Shown: positions 1-13,596, counted from the first letter of the whole stretch. The stretch is 63,481 nucleotides of DNA, filler included, from Octopus bimaculoides (GCF_001194135.2; 9 parts of 9 records of this genome joined end to end with filler, not necessarily neighbours in it), one strand, 5' to 3'. Numbers and translations: made by a program. Notes: generated by a model not told the origin, from the sequence alone.

Positions 1-772
1 GAAAAATCAACGAGCCACAACCTCCGCTGATTTGCTTGCTCGTCACCGCTCAACACATGGACGCAAGCAATGATTTCTTTACCGAATCGTCACTGACAAC
101 GAAAAATAGTGCCTGTAAATCAATATGAAGCAGCGTAAGGAATGACTTAGCCCCGGTAAACAAGCGACACCACACGTGAAACAAGATCTTCATCCGCGTA
201 AAAGGACGTGGTGCGTCTGGTGGGACTGGGAAGAGATTATCCATTACGAATTGCTTGAACGGAACCAAACGGTCAACGCGGAACTCTACGTTCAACAGAT
301 GGAACGTCCCAACACGGATATTCAAGAGAAAAGCTCTAATCGGCAGCATGGTGTTCTTCTGCTCTACGACAATATGACCAAGGAAGCCATTCAAACACAT
401 ATTACCAAGGAAGCCATTCAAACATAATATGACCAAGGAAGCCATTCAAACGCATGGCTGGAAAGTGCTGTCACACCCGCCGTACTCTCCGGACTTGGCA
501 CCAACGGATTTCCACCTCTTTCGATCTCTTTCAAATGCTATGCGTGGAGTTTCATTTAATACTGAAGCAGAACTGAGAGCTTGGTTGGATCAATTTTTCG
601 AGTCGAAATAGAGTGATTTCTAGCAAAGAGGTATTGAAAATCTTGTTGAACGTTGGGAAGAATTTGTAAACAACAAGTGTGAATATATTATTGATTAATT
701 AGTTGTTATTTTTTATTAAACCTTTTAAAATTTTAAATTAAAAAAACGGCAGGAACTTAGTTGTTAACCCAA
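1..772 (+). mobile_element. Mariner (DD34D) transposon, 3' part, pseudogenised transposase
   Basis: Translation gives RIVTDNEK (decayed TGDEKW), CVWWDWEEIIHYELL and HPPYSPDLAPTDFHLF with in-frame stops. The right TIR ...GGAACTTAGTTGTTAACCCAA ends at 772 and is followed by TA. Confidence 0.93.
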
Positions 773-879
773 TATATAACAGACCAAGCCGTACAAATGA
801 GTTTATTTATCGTCGCACATTACATCCGATGGAATCCTACAGCAATAAATGAATATCGGTAGAAGGTGAACTTAAGCCG

Positions 880-1330
880 AACACATGGAACCGGAAATGA
901 AAATGAAAGCATTTCAAACAGTGCATTCATGTTTAGTTGCGGTGCTATTTCTTTGGTAGTAAATTATGAACACGGTATTAAAAATGCATCATCGTTTAAC
1001 TGTCAGCAAGACTGTGATCAACTGAAGAAGCATCGGTGTAGATCTGCGGTTACAATTTCTCATAAAAATAACGTGAACAAAAGTTTGTTCCTTTGGTAGT
1101 CTTGGATATATGTCATATCCTATATCTTTGTTTCCCATAAAAATTGTGTCCGATTTCTTTTAAATGATGGCCTATATAATATTGATGGCGAGGAACATTT
1201 TTATACGTGTTTGGTAATTCATCAATGGCCTAATTTTATACCATTGACAGTTATACGGCTACTGATAACGAGGCATACCATTTTCAAGTATTTCCTATCT
1301 GTCCATCTCAGTAATTATTGTCCATATCTT
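880..1330 (-). pseudogene. Highly decayed piggyBac-like transposase relic
   Basis: Minus-strand frames give TEMDR*EIL, WYKIRPLMN (cf. piggyBac YKIRPL), SILYRPSFKRNRTQF and S*FTTKEIAPQL (cf. DNFFTSxELA), in the expected order, with stops and frameshifts. Confidence 0.4.
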
Positions 1331-3351
1331 TATTTTAGTTATTCTAGACGATATATGTAAAAAACAGAGCGTTGCGTTTACGAGGTTCTGAACACACAGC
1401 GGTGAATGAAAACATTCACTTTCTAGGGGCAATGATAACTATTTTTGAAATTGCCTATAGACCTAATTCTACTGTGGTTGACTTCCTATCTTGCCCTTTC
1501 AGAACCCATGTAAGTGCAGTACACTGCACTTATTTGTCACATTAGACGTTGTTATGTAAATGATGGAATTATGTACCTGATCAACATCATATACAGTATT
1601 CATTTTTATAGATATATTTATTATATCTGACAGTCAGAGCGCAAAACTCAATAACAAGTAAAATGTTTCTTTTGCTGTGAACTGAAATCTTCTTCGGCGG
1701 GATATATTTCCAATTATTTGTTTCTAGTGTTTGATATTCGTTGTTAACAAATTATGCAGTGAGGATTATCAATTCGGCTAAAAATAAAGTTTTCGTGGGC
1801 AAAACAATGACGGCGAAGAGATATATTGATATCACAGAGCATTTCTTCAGATCATCAGATAGGAATAACTAATTCCATTCTAAGCAACACGTATCAAAAG
1901 CAATATACAGAAAAGAGTATTATGCACGTATTGCTATTCTAATAAATTCCCTACTTAACATGGCTATTTTCTTTGTAAATAGACGACTTTCTTTCTCTTG
2001 GATTCAGATGTGATGTTTCTTCACTATTATCACATAGATCAAATTGAATGTATCTTAATCCAGAATGGCATTCGTGTATGTGGTTAAAGCATTATTGATC
2101 AATATAATTTGATTTCGGGATAATATTTCAAAATATACGAGATGTAAGTTAATCAGATTTCATGATTCCTGATTACTTATATTTTTCAATCTCTATTTAT
2201 ATTTTCCTTTCGACTGAGTTGTTCGTTATTGTTACACAAGATTATCATGATTTATATACATACATTAGTATCTTTTAATCCTTTCAACATTGCTGTTAAG
2301 TTAGTTCCAGAACGTCTGTGTATTAAATAATGCAAAATAAATATTTTGTGCGGTCATATTAGTTCAATTTAGAATGGTCACTATGGTATCAAAACAAGAT
2401 ATTTTCCTTGCTTTGTTTAACTCAATATAATATTAACTCTATTTACTCTATGGAATATAATAATTTTAAAATAATCAAACAAGTGTCAATTTAAGTAAAT
2501 TTACGCCTTTTCAAATATTCCATTGTCTTGTTGTAGAAATGGAAATAATTATTGCATGACTCTTGGTAGCTTTCAACCATATACTAATATTTTGTACACG
2601 GTACATTTATGCAGAGCTACATTTTGATTCTGCTCAAATCTACTTTTCATTTCATTCAATAAATGCAAAGATATCGATTAGTATGTGATACACATATCAT
2701 GCATTATCAATCCCTTCTATATATGATAGAACATACATGTATCATATACAGTGTCTTCATTTCGGTAATGATTCATACTAGACATAATAATCATGCATAT
2801 CTGTGTTCTGTACATTTTTCAATGAAGGAGGAACAGCTCCCGGCTGTATTGAAAGATCATATGCGCGGTGAGATACCAAATAGTTTCCTACAACCGTAAG
2901 CAATGTGTGCAAGTGAATGAAGTTTACATAGAGATGAATGATTGACTTGCACGAGTGTTTCACTATGAGTGAAAGAAAACGAAAACAATCGAATAATGAG
3001 ATGGTGGTGGTAGATTTCATAGTTTATTATGTTTACGTCCTACAGTCATGGAAAAACATAACAAATAATATATTTTGACTTTTCATATATCTTTGTATAA
3101 ATTAATTAATTGTCACATACAAATGTCGATTTAATTTCTGCTAAACATTTCATTAGCATGGACCCGACAATGATGGCTTCTAAGTAGTCATTCGATCGTA
3201 CAGTTTGTAAACTTTAAATAACTATCAACGTCGGTCATATTAAAAAAAGGAATGCAAAATTATCATCGTAGGGCTATATATGATTTAAACAAGAACAATA
3301 CAATAATGTCTTTACCACTGGTTTCGCATTCTATCAATCTGAAATTAAATA

Positions 3352-4616
3352 CAGGGGTTGGACAAAATAATGGAAACACCAAGCATCATAGCATCATAAT
3401 TTTGAAATATCTATAAAACCATCAAAAGCTTGTTTATTTTTATGTTTTATAATTTATCATTAGTGTTGCTTAATATGTTTTGGTAAAATTGCTTTTTCAT
3501 TTCAGATATCATCAGAAAAAGGCAATTAAAATTCATTAAAATGACAGATATATCGGACTATCAAAGAGGTTAAATTGTTGGTGCACGAATGGCAGGCGCT
3601 AGCGTAACGAAAACAGCCGAAATGTTCGGTGCATCAAGAAGTACTGTCTCGAAAGTAATGACAGCCTTTGAGAAACAGGGAAAAATCTCCTCGTCGAAAC
3701 AAAACTCCGGAAGAAACCCAAAACTTTAAAATAGGGACCGTCGGATTCTTACGCGAATTGTTAGAAAGGATTACAAAAGTACAACACCCAAAATTACTGC
3801 AGAGCTTAATGACCACCTCGAGAACCCGGTTTCCACAAAAACCGTCCGCCAGGAACAGCACAAAGCCGGATTTCGCGGGAGGGCTGCAATCAGAAAACCA
3901 CTACTTTCAAAAACAAACGTTGCAAAGCGTTTAGACTGGAGTAAAAACCTAAAGAATTGGTCTCTAGAGCAGTGAAAAAATGTCATTTCATTGGGTGAGT
4001 TATCCTTTACTTTATTTTCGACTACCGACGGAGTATACGTGTGGAGACAGCCAAAAGAAGCATTTGTCCCAGACAACCTTTTTCTAACTTTTAAACATGG
4101 AGGAGGATCTGTGATGAACTGGTGGGCGGCTATATCTTGGAAATATGCCGCCCAATGATCTCTCTTAACGGCAGAATTAATAGTCAAGACAATTTAAGAA
4201 TTTTATCTGATCAAATTGATCCTATATTTGCGCACCTGTTTCCGGAGGGAACGCAATCTTCCAGTGTGATAATGCACCAATTCACACAGCTAAATTTCTT
4301 ACTGAATGGCACGATGAACATTCTAATGTCGTTTAACATTATATATGGCTGCCACAGTCCCCAGATCTCAATATTATTAGACATTTAGGGTACATAAATA
4401 AATAAGGGTTGACATCCTTCACCCTCATCACTACAAGAACTTGAGACTGTTTTAGCTGAAGGAAGGACAAATGTTCCTATAGAAAAAAATCAAACTTTGT
4501 ACGAGTCCATACCTCGTAGAATTCAAGCTGTAATTGGTGCCAAAGGCGGTCGTACCCATATTAAAATAAATTTGTTTGGAATTTTAATGTGTTTCTATTA
4601 TTTTGTCCAACCCCTG
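3352..4616 (+). mobile_element. Near full-length Tc1-family DNA transposon, transposase inactivated
   Basis: 28-bp TIRs CAGGGGTTGGACAAAATAAT(G/A)GAAACAC (3352-3379 and 4589-4616, 1 mismatch) with TA on both sides. The transposase from ATG 3541 reads MTDISDYQRG*IVGARMAG...GRAAIRKPLL...KHGGGSVM...YESIPRRIQAVIGAKGG, with stops and frameshifts. Confidence 0.95.
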
Positions 4617-4959
4617 TACATTCCCTAATATGATATTTCAATAAGCAACAGCATTTAAATGAATATATCTGATTTCATGGGAAAATATACATAATCAACT
4701 AGATGAATTGTGGTGCTTTTATTTTCACTGCGTTGAAATTGCTTTATGTAGGATGTGTGCGGTGCCAAGTAGTACTATTCCTCTGTATGTTATATATACT
4801 TGTAAGTCTTGGTGTTTTTTGTTATCTGTTCCTTTGTGCAGCAGTGATCAGGCTTTCGGTGGTACACTTCAAATCACTTCGCTCAAGTCATGGTCACAGA
4901 ACTGTATAATCCTTAACGTCCTGTGTATTTATTTTAAACTGTCCATTTACACACCACCC

Positions 4960-5219
4960 CTCCCCCTCCGCGTCCTCCTCCTCCTCCTCAATCGTCTTCT
5001 TCTATTTCTTGTTGTTGTTTTTTGTTTTTATTTTTCTTGTTGTTGTTGTTGTTCTTTTGCTTCTCCTTCTCCTCCCCTTCGCCCTCGTCTTTCTCATTCC
5101 CCTCCCCTCCTCCTCCTACTACTCCCTACTCCTGCTCCTCCTCGCCCATGTTCCACTTTTTCCTTCTCCTCCACTTCCTACTCATCCTTCTTCTTCTTCT
5201 TCTTCTTCTTCTTCTTCTT

Positions 5220-5250
<31 letters not shown>

Positions 5251-5291
5251 TTATTATTATTANNNNNNNNNNCTTCTTCTTCTTCTTCTTA

Positions 5292-5368
<77 letters not shown>

Positions 5369-5452
5369 TCTCTACCTGCCATGTTCTGTTGAAGCTCCTG
5401 GAGTGTACCGTACCATGCTATCAATACTTTTCAACTATCTAATACTTTTCTC

Positions 5453-5506
<54 letters not shown>

Positions 5507-5530
5507 GTTGTTGTTGTTGTTGCAGTTATC
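4960..5530. repeat. Compound trinucleotide microsatellite tract (CCT/TTC/TTA/TTG)
   Basis: Directly visible pure runs of (TTC)n, (TTA)n and (TTG)n. Confidence 0.95.
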
Positions 5531-5890
5531 GTTATTCGCAGATTTGTCAGAAATTACCTTCAAAACAGAAATCCNNNNNNNNNNNNNNNNNNNNNNNNNN
5601 NNNNNNNNNNNNNNNNNNNNNNNNNNNNNNNNNNNNNNNNNNNNNNNNNNNNNNNNNNNNNNNNNNNNNNNNNNNNNNNNNNNNNNNNNNNNNNNNNNNN
5701 NNNNNNNNNNNNNNNNNNNNNNNNNNNNNNNNNNNNNNNNNNNNNNNNNNNNNNNNNNNNNNNNNNNNNNNNNNNNNNNNNNNNNNNNNNNNNNNNNNNN
5801 NNNNNNNNNNNNNNNNNNNNNNNNNNNNNNNNNNNNNNNNNNNNNNNNNNNNNNNNNNNNNNNNNNNNNNNNNNNNNNNNNNNNNNNNNN

Positions 5891-5933
<43 letters not shown>

Positions 5934-6378
5934 AGATGTATGCACGGACACCTCTTTATCAAAAGATACACGCATATGCCCAAATGTAAGAAAGTATAAT
6001 GTTGCTAATCACAGCTAGAGCGACTTCTGAATGTTACATTTAATCCTCATCATATGGGATAGCATGCAATTATCGAGATATCGCGTTTCACAAACATACA
6101 CATCTCAGTTTATCATTCAAAACGCTATATGACACATATTGTTTATCATATTTGAGATATATTCGAAAGGTAAAAGTTAGCCATTGTTATGCTTTTTTGT
6201 CTATTAATTCGTGCATCAAAATTCATGGATACATAAATACAAACAATACTGACATAGACCAATAAAAGCATGCATGCATAGACACATACAAATAGGTGTG
6301 TATATTACTGCAATCTATCTATTGGTCACTCTGTCTGTCTCTTTCTTTCTCTCTCTGTATCTCTCTGTCTCTCTCTCT

Positions 6379-6412
<34 letters not shown>

Positions 6413-6468
6413 ATGTTTTCCAATCATAACATTATATACGTAACTGCATATACACATGCATACATGTA

Positions 6469-7326
6469 TTGGGTCATCCCATAAAGAATGCATTCTGTTT
6501 TCGATTGCATGCACTAAAAGTCAGAGCGGGGATAAACCAACTGCATTAACTTGCTATAAACATAGGTAGCAATTGTACCCTGTCCTTATTCTTAGTGCAA
6601 ATTGTGAAGTTACAGTTCGATTTTAACATTTATTTTTTTTAGTGATATATTGGAAGTGACAAAGGAGAATATTCGGCATATATTGCAGTATGTAGGAATC
6701 GGACAATATGCGTAAGCCATTGTCAACTATGGTTCCAGAAATTCCAACACGGAAACTACAGCTAGAAAATCAGCCTCATCTGCGGAAAAAATGTAGAACT
6801 CGACGACGACGTCTCGCAAACGCTGGTGGAAAAAAATCTCATTGTAACTGTTGTGGAACTAGCAGAGAAGCTCGGATTTCATCATTCAACCAGTCATCGA
6901 TACCAATGCTAGAAGATAAACAGCCGACTACGATTTCACGATGAGAGGTATTCTTCTATCAAGATAATGCTCGGCCACATGCAGCAAGGATGACATTACA
7001 AAGTCTAGAGCAGTTTTGAATGTTAACTTATCCCTCATTCGCCATATTCGCCGGACAAAGTACGATCTGAATATCATTTATTCGACAGTCGTCAAAATGA
7101 TTTGAACGGGGAAAAAAACGAATTCTGTAGACGAGGTCAGAAGAGTGTGGAGGAGTATATTTCGTCGTGGACAAGTGAATGTTGGAAGATGGGCCTTAAA
7201 AATCTAGCAGATACATGGAAGTACACTGTAGAAAATGAAGGAGAATATATATTTTAGATTTAAGAAGGAACTTTGTGTATTTTAATTTTGAAAAATAAAA
7301 TAAGTATAAAAACCGCATTATTTATG
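6469..7326 (+). mobile_element. Internally deleted mariner element
   Basis: TA followed by left TIR TTGGGTCATCCCATAA. Remnants read CQLWFQKF (HTH) and QDNARPHAARMT...PHSPYSPD. The right TIR AAAAACCGCATTATTTATG is truncated. Confidence 0.85.
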
Positions 7327-7389
7327 TACGCATATATATATACGCATGCGCAACTTCTTTTTGGGATCACCACTACTTTATCATCTCCC

Positions 7390-7623
7390 CTTCTTCCTAG
7401 CTCTCCTGTGTGACCCCTCTCTCCGGCATTCGCCATGATAGATCGCTAGCTACTACACATTCTTTATTTTCTCTCTTTGTTTCTTTCTGTGTTGCTTTCT
7501 GCGGAAGAGCGTAGGCTCGAAATGTTAAAGACATTTTCACTTCCCGAGCGTTAAACAAATACATCTGATTGTTGTCTACACCGTACCTGTCTTCATGTTT
7601 TGCTTTTTTTGTGAATTCTACCC
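7390..7623 (+). repeat. Interspersed repeat, GAAGAGCGTAG(G)CTCGAAA family (probable Penelope-type terminal repeat), copy 1
   Basis: Homologous to 7838-8080 and to the reverse complement of 29881-30080; ends in a (TA)n tract. Confidence 0.65.
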
Positions 7624-7837
7624 ATATATATATACATATATATATATACATATGTTCAGTATATATAATAAACGCACACACACATACATACACTTATATA
7701 TAAATATACATATATATNNNNNNNNNNNNNNNNNNNNNNNNNNNNNNNNNNNNNNNNNNNNTTAATTAATTAANNNNNNNNNNNNNNNNNNNNNNNNNNN
7801 NNNNNNNNNNNNNNNNNCCCCCTTTCTTAGCTCTCCT

Positions 7838-8080
7838 GAAATAAGAATTTCTAACTTCCGGTCAGTCATTGTTATGATCGGCCATTATTATGATTGACCG
7901 TTGACTGAACACTATTCAATTTTTTTTCTCCGTGTTTTTCTCCTTTTCTCCGTATTCTTTCTGTTGAAGAGCGTAGCTCGAAACGTCAAAGACTTTCCGT
8001 ATTCCCGAGCGTCATACTAATATATACTTTTGTTATTTACACCACCTGTCCTCGTCTGTTGTTATTTTTTGTATATTCTC
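7838..8080 (+). repeat. Same interspersed repeat family, copy 2
   Basis: Contains TCTTTCTGTTGAAGAGCGTAGCTCGAAACGTCAAAGAC and a downstream ACACCACCTGTC shared with the other copies. Confidence 0.65.
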
Positions 8081-8104
8081 CTATATATATATATATATAT
8101 ATGT

Positions 8105-8139
<35 letters not shown>

Positions 8140-8140
8140 C

Positions 8141-8779
8141 ATGGAGTTAAACGCAGGTGTCATTCATATTCTTTTACTTCCGACATATGTTTCGAAGACA
8201 ACATTTGTATTATTCCAGAAGGAATAAAATGGTGTAAAACAATGCAGTGTTCTCATCAGTGAAATAAAGAAAAGAAACAAACGTATCAATAAGAGATTTT
8301 AAGAGAATGTGAAGCTTACGTATATGATGAAGGGAACGCTATGAAGTTCTTTTTTTAAAAAGACGTTAGTAGATTCCTACCATTCTATAAAATTCGACCT
8401 TTGACTGTCTTCTTACATTACACTTCCCCTAAATATACTCCAATGCCTTTAAGCTTTATTGTAATTCACCTATCGCTCTATATCTCTCCAATATTAGTTT
8501 TCTGCTGATTTGTTTATTTCTATTTGTACAAACTACCTTTGACGTTATATATAGCAACGGTTTACAAAAAAAAAAAAATTGATAGCGTTCCCTTCATCAT
8601 ATACGCAGTCATCATATTCTGCTAAAATGCCTTATTGATGTGTTTGGTTTCTTTATTTACCCGATGAGAAGATTTCATTGTTTTACACCATTTTACTCCT
8701 TCTGGAATAATACCAATGTTGTCTTCGAAACATATGTCAGAAGTAAAAGAATTTGAATAACACCTGCGTTTAACTCCAT
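8141..8779. mobile_element. Inverted repeat with ~225-bp arms, each carrying a hammerhead motif (Penelope-like inverted pLTR pair)
   Basis: 8141-8367 is the reverse complement of 8556-8779 (e.g. ATGGAGTTAAACGCAGGTG / CACCTGCGTTTAACTCCAT), with a ~190-bp spacer. Confidence 0.85.
8171..8269 (-). ncRNA. Type I hammerhead ribozyme motif with long stem II loop
   Basis: Minus strand reads ctttatttca-CTGATGA-G...C-GAAA-CATATG-TC-ggaagtaaaag. Stem III ACATATGT is palindromic; stem I has 8 bp after one mismatch. Confidence 0.7.
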
Positions 8780-9543
8780 TTATTTATTTATCTATATGAT
8801 ACAAAACATTTCACCTAAACCTGGAGTTTCTACCTTTATAAATAGGCCTATTTATAAAGGTAGAAACAGTTACCCTGGTAACTTTTTATTTACTTTTTCC
8901 ATGTTNNNNNNNNNNNNNNNNNNNNNNNNNNNNNNNNNNNNNNNNNNNNNNNNNNNNNNNNNNNNNNNNNNNNNNNNNNNNNNNNNNNNNNNNNNNNNNN
9001 NNNNNNNNNNNNNNNNNNNNNNNNNNNNNNNNNNNNNNNNNNNNNNNNNNNNNNNNNNNNNNNNNNNNNNNNNNNNNNNNNNNNNNNNNNNNNNNNNNNN
9101 NNNNNNNNNNNNNNNNNNNNNNNNNNNNNNNNNNNNNNNNNNNNNNNNNNNNNNNNNNNNNNNNNNNNNNNNNNNNNNNNNNNNNNNNNNNNNNNNNNNN
9201 NNNNNNNNNNNNNNNNNNNNNNNNNNNNNNNNNNNNNNNNNNNNNNNNNNNNNNNNNNNNNNNNNNNNNNNNNNNNNNNNNNNNNNNNNNNNNNNNNNNN
9301 NNNNNNNNNNNNNNNNNNNNNNNNNNNNNNNNNNNNNNNNNNNNNNNNNNNNNNNNNNNNNNNNNNNNNNNNNNNNNNNNNNNNNNNNNNNNNNNNNNNN
9401 NNNNNNNNNNNNNNNNNNNNNNNNNNNNNNNNNNNNNNNNNNNNNNNNNNNNNNNNNNNNNNNNNNNNNNNNNNNNNNNNNNNNNNNNNNNNNNNNNNNN
9501 NNNNNNNNNNNNNNNNNNNNNNNNNNNNNNNNNNNNNNNNNNN

Positions 9544-9602
<59 letters not shown>

Positions 9603-9655
9603 ATCTATGTATATATGTGTATGCATGTGTGCATGTATGCATGTATGTATGTATG

Positions 9656-9688
<33 letters not shown>

Positions 9689-10712
9689 GGGTGCATATCT
9701 GTCTGTGTGTCTGTGTGAATGTCAGTGTGTGTGTGGGTGTGGATGCGTATGTGTGCATCTGTGTCTTTATCTATGTATTTTGTAGCACACAATTCCTCCA
9801 GGAGTAAATGTAAATTATAATTGCTTCTGTAACAGACTAAAACTTATTCGTATGTGATAGGGTTGTCTATATGTATACATACATACATACATACATACAT
9901 GCATGCATGCATACATACATACATACTTACATACATATAGACATACATACATACGTACATACATACATACAGTACATGCAGACTGACACAAGAACGCAAA
10001 CACACAATTAGTGTCAGACGAAGATAACAAACAAATATTTTAAATATGATAAAAATTATTGGCCCGCATTCATATACAGACACGTCAGATACAAATCCTC
10101 ACCTGTTCTGTCACACACGTACATGCATACACAAACATAGTTAAACAAACAAACCCACAATAGAAAGCAAACTGCCATTTAAGCATGCACACCACTCTTA
10201 CCTCTTTTTAGATATATTTGAACTGGTCAGCATTATGCACACAAATAATAACTAGCAGACACTCCTGTATATGTTTATCGACATTATATAACCACAATGG
10301 TGACAGTATAAATTATGTTATATGCTGAATATGAAGGATGATGGTAACATCTCAGACATCCCTTCCTGGGACAACGACTATTTAGAAATACTTTATATTA
10401 TTATATTTAAAGAATAAATGATATACGTGATGTTTCTGTTTTTATCTTTCTACTCATAATATTTCATCATGCTTCGCAGTATTTGCTCATCAGCAAATGT
10501 ATTTGGCTATCTGTAAATACCATAACTAGTATAAAGGGGCATGCTTCTCGACTGATGTCAACAAATATACTCTGATTCATGAATCTAGATAGTTTACTAA
10601 CAAAAGAATATTTATTGATTACAGCCAGCTTCCAGTTTCCTTTATTATTCTTCAGCCCGTGTATAAACATTTCTGTCATTAACAATAACGTTGTTGTTGG
10701 CGTTTTTGCTTT

Positions 10713-10792
<80 letters not shown>

Positions 10793-12790
10793 TTACTACT
10801 ACTACTACTAAAACTGCTATTACTACTATTAACATTACTAATAAAAATGATAACATGAGATGTCCGTCCAGACATCTCATGTTAGTATGAAGAATAAAAC
10901 CTAACACTGCACGAAATTGCAAGGAAAGGAAATCTAATAACATCACTGAATGCAACAGCGAAATTTAGAAAAGAAGTTGATAGTCATGCTACTTGGAGCA
11001 AAACTAAGTAGAATTTATATTTAATTTATGTCTTTCTTTTCTTATTATATATATAGTTTAGTTATACACATATAGTGTGCAATTACATATAACAATGTGC
11101 GGTCGAGACACATAGAACCAATTTAAAAGAAAACCACTCCTATAGAAAACACCAAACAGATAACAATGTAAGTAAATAGAAAATGCCAGTCGATACTTTA
11201 TGAGGTGTGTTGGTGTATGACTGTAATGCGAGCATATTACAAAGCAGAGAACATGTGCGTCGGAAACGGTTATCTCTAAAAAATAAATCATCTGAAAACG
11301 ATCTCATTTCTATCGCCCATCAGCATCAGCGAAAGTGAATAACAAACCAGATAACATGCAGAAATGTTACCAGCAATCTTTATATATTAATGATATATAT
11401 TTAAGATCTGTAGAAAAAGTAAGACAACTCGAAACAGAAACACATTAACGAATGTAAGCAGATGAAATAATAGATAATGATCAACAAAACTTGTCGGTAA
11501 TATTAGAATAATTCAGACGACCCAACCGTAATAAGTCTGACAATAACTCAAGAAAAGGTTGGTGCAGTATGATAAAGTGAGCATGGATCTATATAATAGT
11601 ATGTGTTGTGGAACAGTATGTTAATGTTGGGTATGTAATAATATGATAGTGTGAGATAGGGAACAATACGCTAGTATATGTTTTGGAACAGCCACTTAAA
11701 TCAATACCAGTAAGAAATTGATACTTTTATTGATCCCATAATCGCAAAATACAGGCTTGATATTTGCACGTTTTTGTGGCAATTGTAAAAGTGGTAGTAA
11801 TGAGCACGTTAATTGACTGTTACAATTTTGTTGGTCCTCTGATATCCGCCACAACGGTAGGCCTGCCCTCACATAAGATGATTCTAGATAAGTAGAAAAT
11901 ATTTTAAAGAAGCTGAACAGTAAACCTATTTGTTTGATTACCATTATTTTGAAAATAGTCTCATTGTCTATGCCTAAACATAGCTACTCCACACTTTCAG
12001 TATATCGTAATATATATTTTCTGATTTCTGTGTTTTCACCAACTTCAGTATTTTCGGTAAAATGAAAAAGAAAAGGAATGGAATATGCTGAAATGCACGA
12101 CTTCTCATTACACCTGCCGATCCCTTCTTATATACCTGCCATCCCTTATTGACTTACGCTTTCTGATTTTAGTAAGTTTGAATCTGCATTCCCTTTCGAA
12201 TGAGAAGCGGGAAAAATATATCATTAGTATTTCTAATGATTCGAGTATAACGATTAAAACTAGCAAAGGAGAGTTATTCGATTAAGCACATGACCAACTG
12301 AATTTAGGAATTTTTGTCATATAGTTTATTAAATGCAATCCAATATATTTTGTTTCTACTCATTAAATGAGTAGCTGAGTTAACTCAAGATGAAAGTGAA
12401 GTGGAGTAAAAGGAAGAAGACATTGAAGCAGCAAATTCTGGGCACGGTCTCGAGTGGAAATTATTGTCAGCAACATTGAAGACAAGCAGTTAGAATGGTA
12501 TGCTTTTGACATAACATATATTATCGACGTAATATGAAGTGAGATGACAACTCCAATACGAAGGTACTCGAGTATTACAGTCTGGATCACAGCAAATTTT
12601 AATGGTTAACACAAATTTCGATGAATTACGAGAAACTATAGTCAGCTATTCAAAATATTTGGGGTATTAGGCATGTCCCTATATATTGTGAGCTCAAGTA
12701 CCATTGGCATTTTTCTTCACATACCATTTCGGAACAAGAAGTTGCATTAACGTACTCTTCACGATTTTTATTAAATCCAGGCCAATTTCC

Positions 12791-12826
<36 letters not shown>

Positions 12827-12830
12827 CTCT

Positions 12831-12861
<31 letters not shown>

Positions 12862-13557
12862 GCTCGCCTTCTATCTCTCTTTCTCTCTCTCTCTCTCTTT
12901 CTCTTACTCTCTCTCTCTCTCTCTCTCTCTTTCTTTCTCTTACTCTCACTCTCTCGATATACATATAAGTTAAAAAATACATAATATATATAGTACATAT
13001 AAGCACAAACAAATGGAAAACAGACACAAAAAGGTTGTCAAATCGTCGTCAGTTATCCGCCAAAGGTTCTCAATCATTTCGTGCTTTTGACGATAATATC
13101 ACCCCCACCCCCTTTAGTAGCGCTAGCGGCGTAAAGCCGCCAGGAAATAACGAATCGAGGGGCAAGGGACGAAACATGAGAGAAAGTGAACATACGAATA
13201 TGAAATAAATATACAATATATAATGTAGAAACGCAATAATATTGAAGACAAGACGAATAGTGGACAGACAAGGGATAAACACGAAAACAAATAACTTGGA
13301 TGGAGGACTTAAGAACAATATAAGATAGATAAACAAAATGCGACCTTACGGCCAGACAATTGATGAACTCTAGGAGGATTATCCTAAATGATTAGAAACA
13401 TAGCGGTAACAGAGACAGCAAAAGGTTTTCAAAATGGAAACGGATGATGCACGACCAGTCGCTTCGGTGATCAGCGTGAAGGAGGAAATAGGGATAAGAG
13501 ATGAAAATAACAACGAGTCACATGTCAGTGCTAAGCATGAGAAGTGCTGTAGAGGGC

Positions 13558-13596
<39 letters not shown>

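Noticed and set aside
7762-7773. TTAATTAATTAA palindrome inside N runs (also 19224, 32352, 38064, 42932, 45012, 48896, 61553)
   Set aside because: Identical 12-mer always embedded in Ns with stops in all six frames: an artificial assembly linker, not biology. Adjacency across it is uncertain.
8380-8555. GVYLGE motif in the inverted-repeat spacer as a GIY-YIG remnant
   Set aside because: Surrounded by stops; similarity is too short to support.
13110-13145. GC hairpin GCGGC-gtaaa-GCCGC as a possible Helitron 3' end
   Set aside because: No correctly spaced CTRR terminus on either strand, and only a single occurrence.
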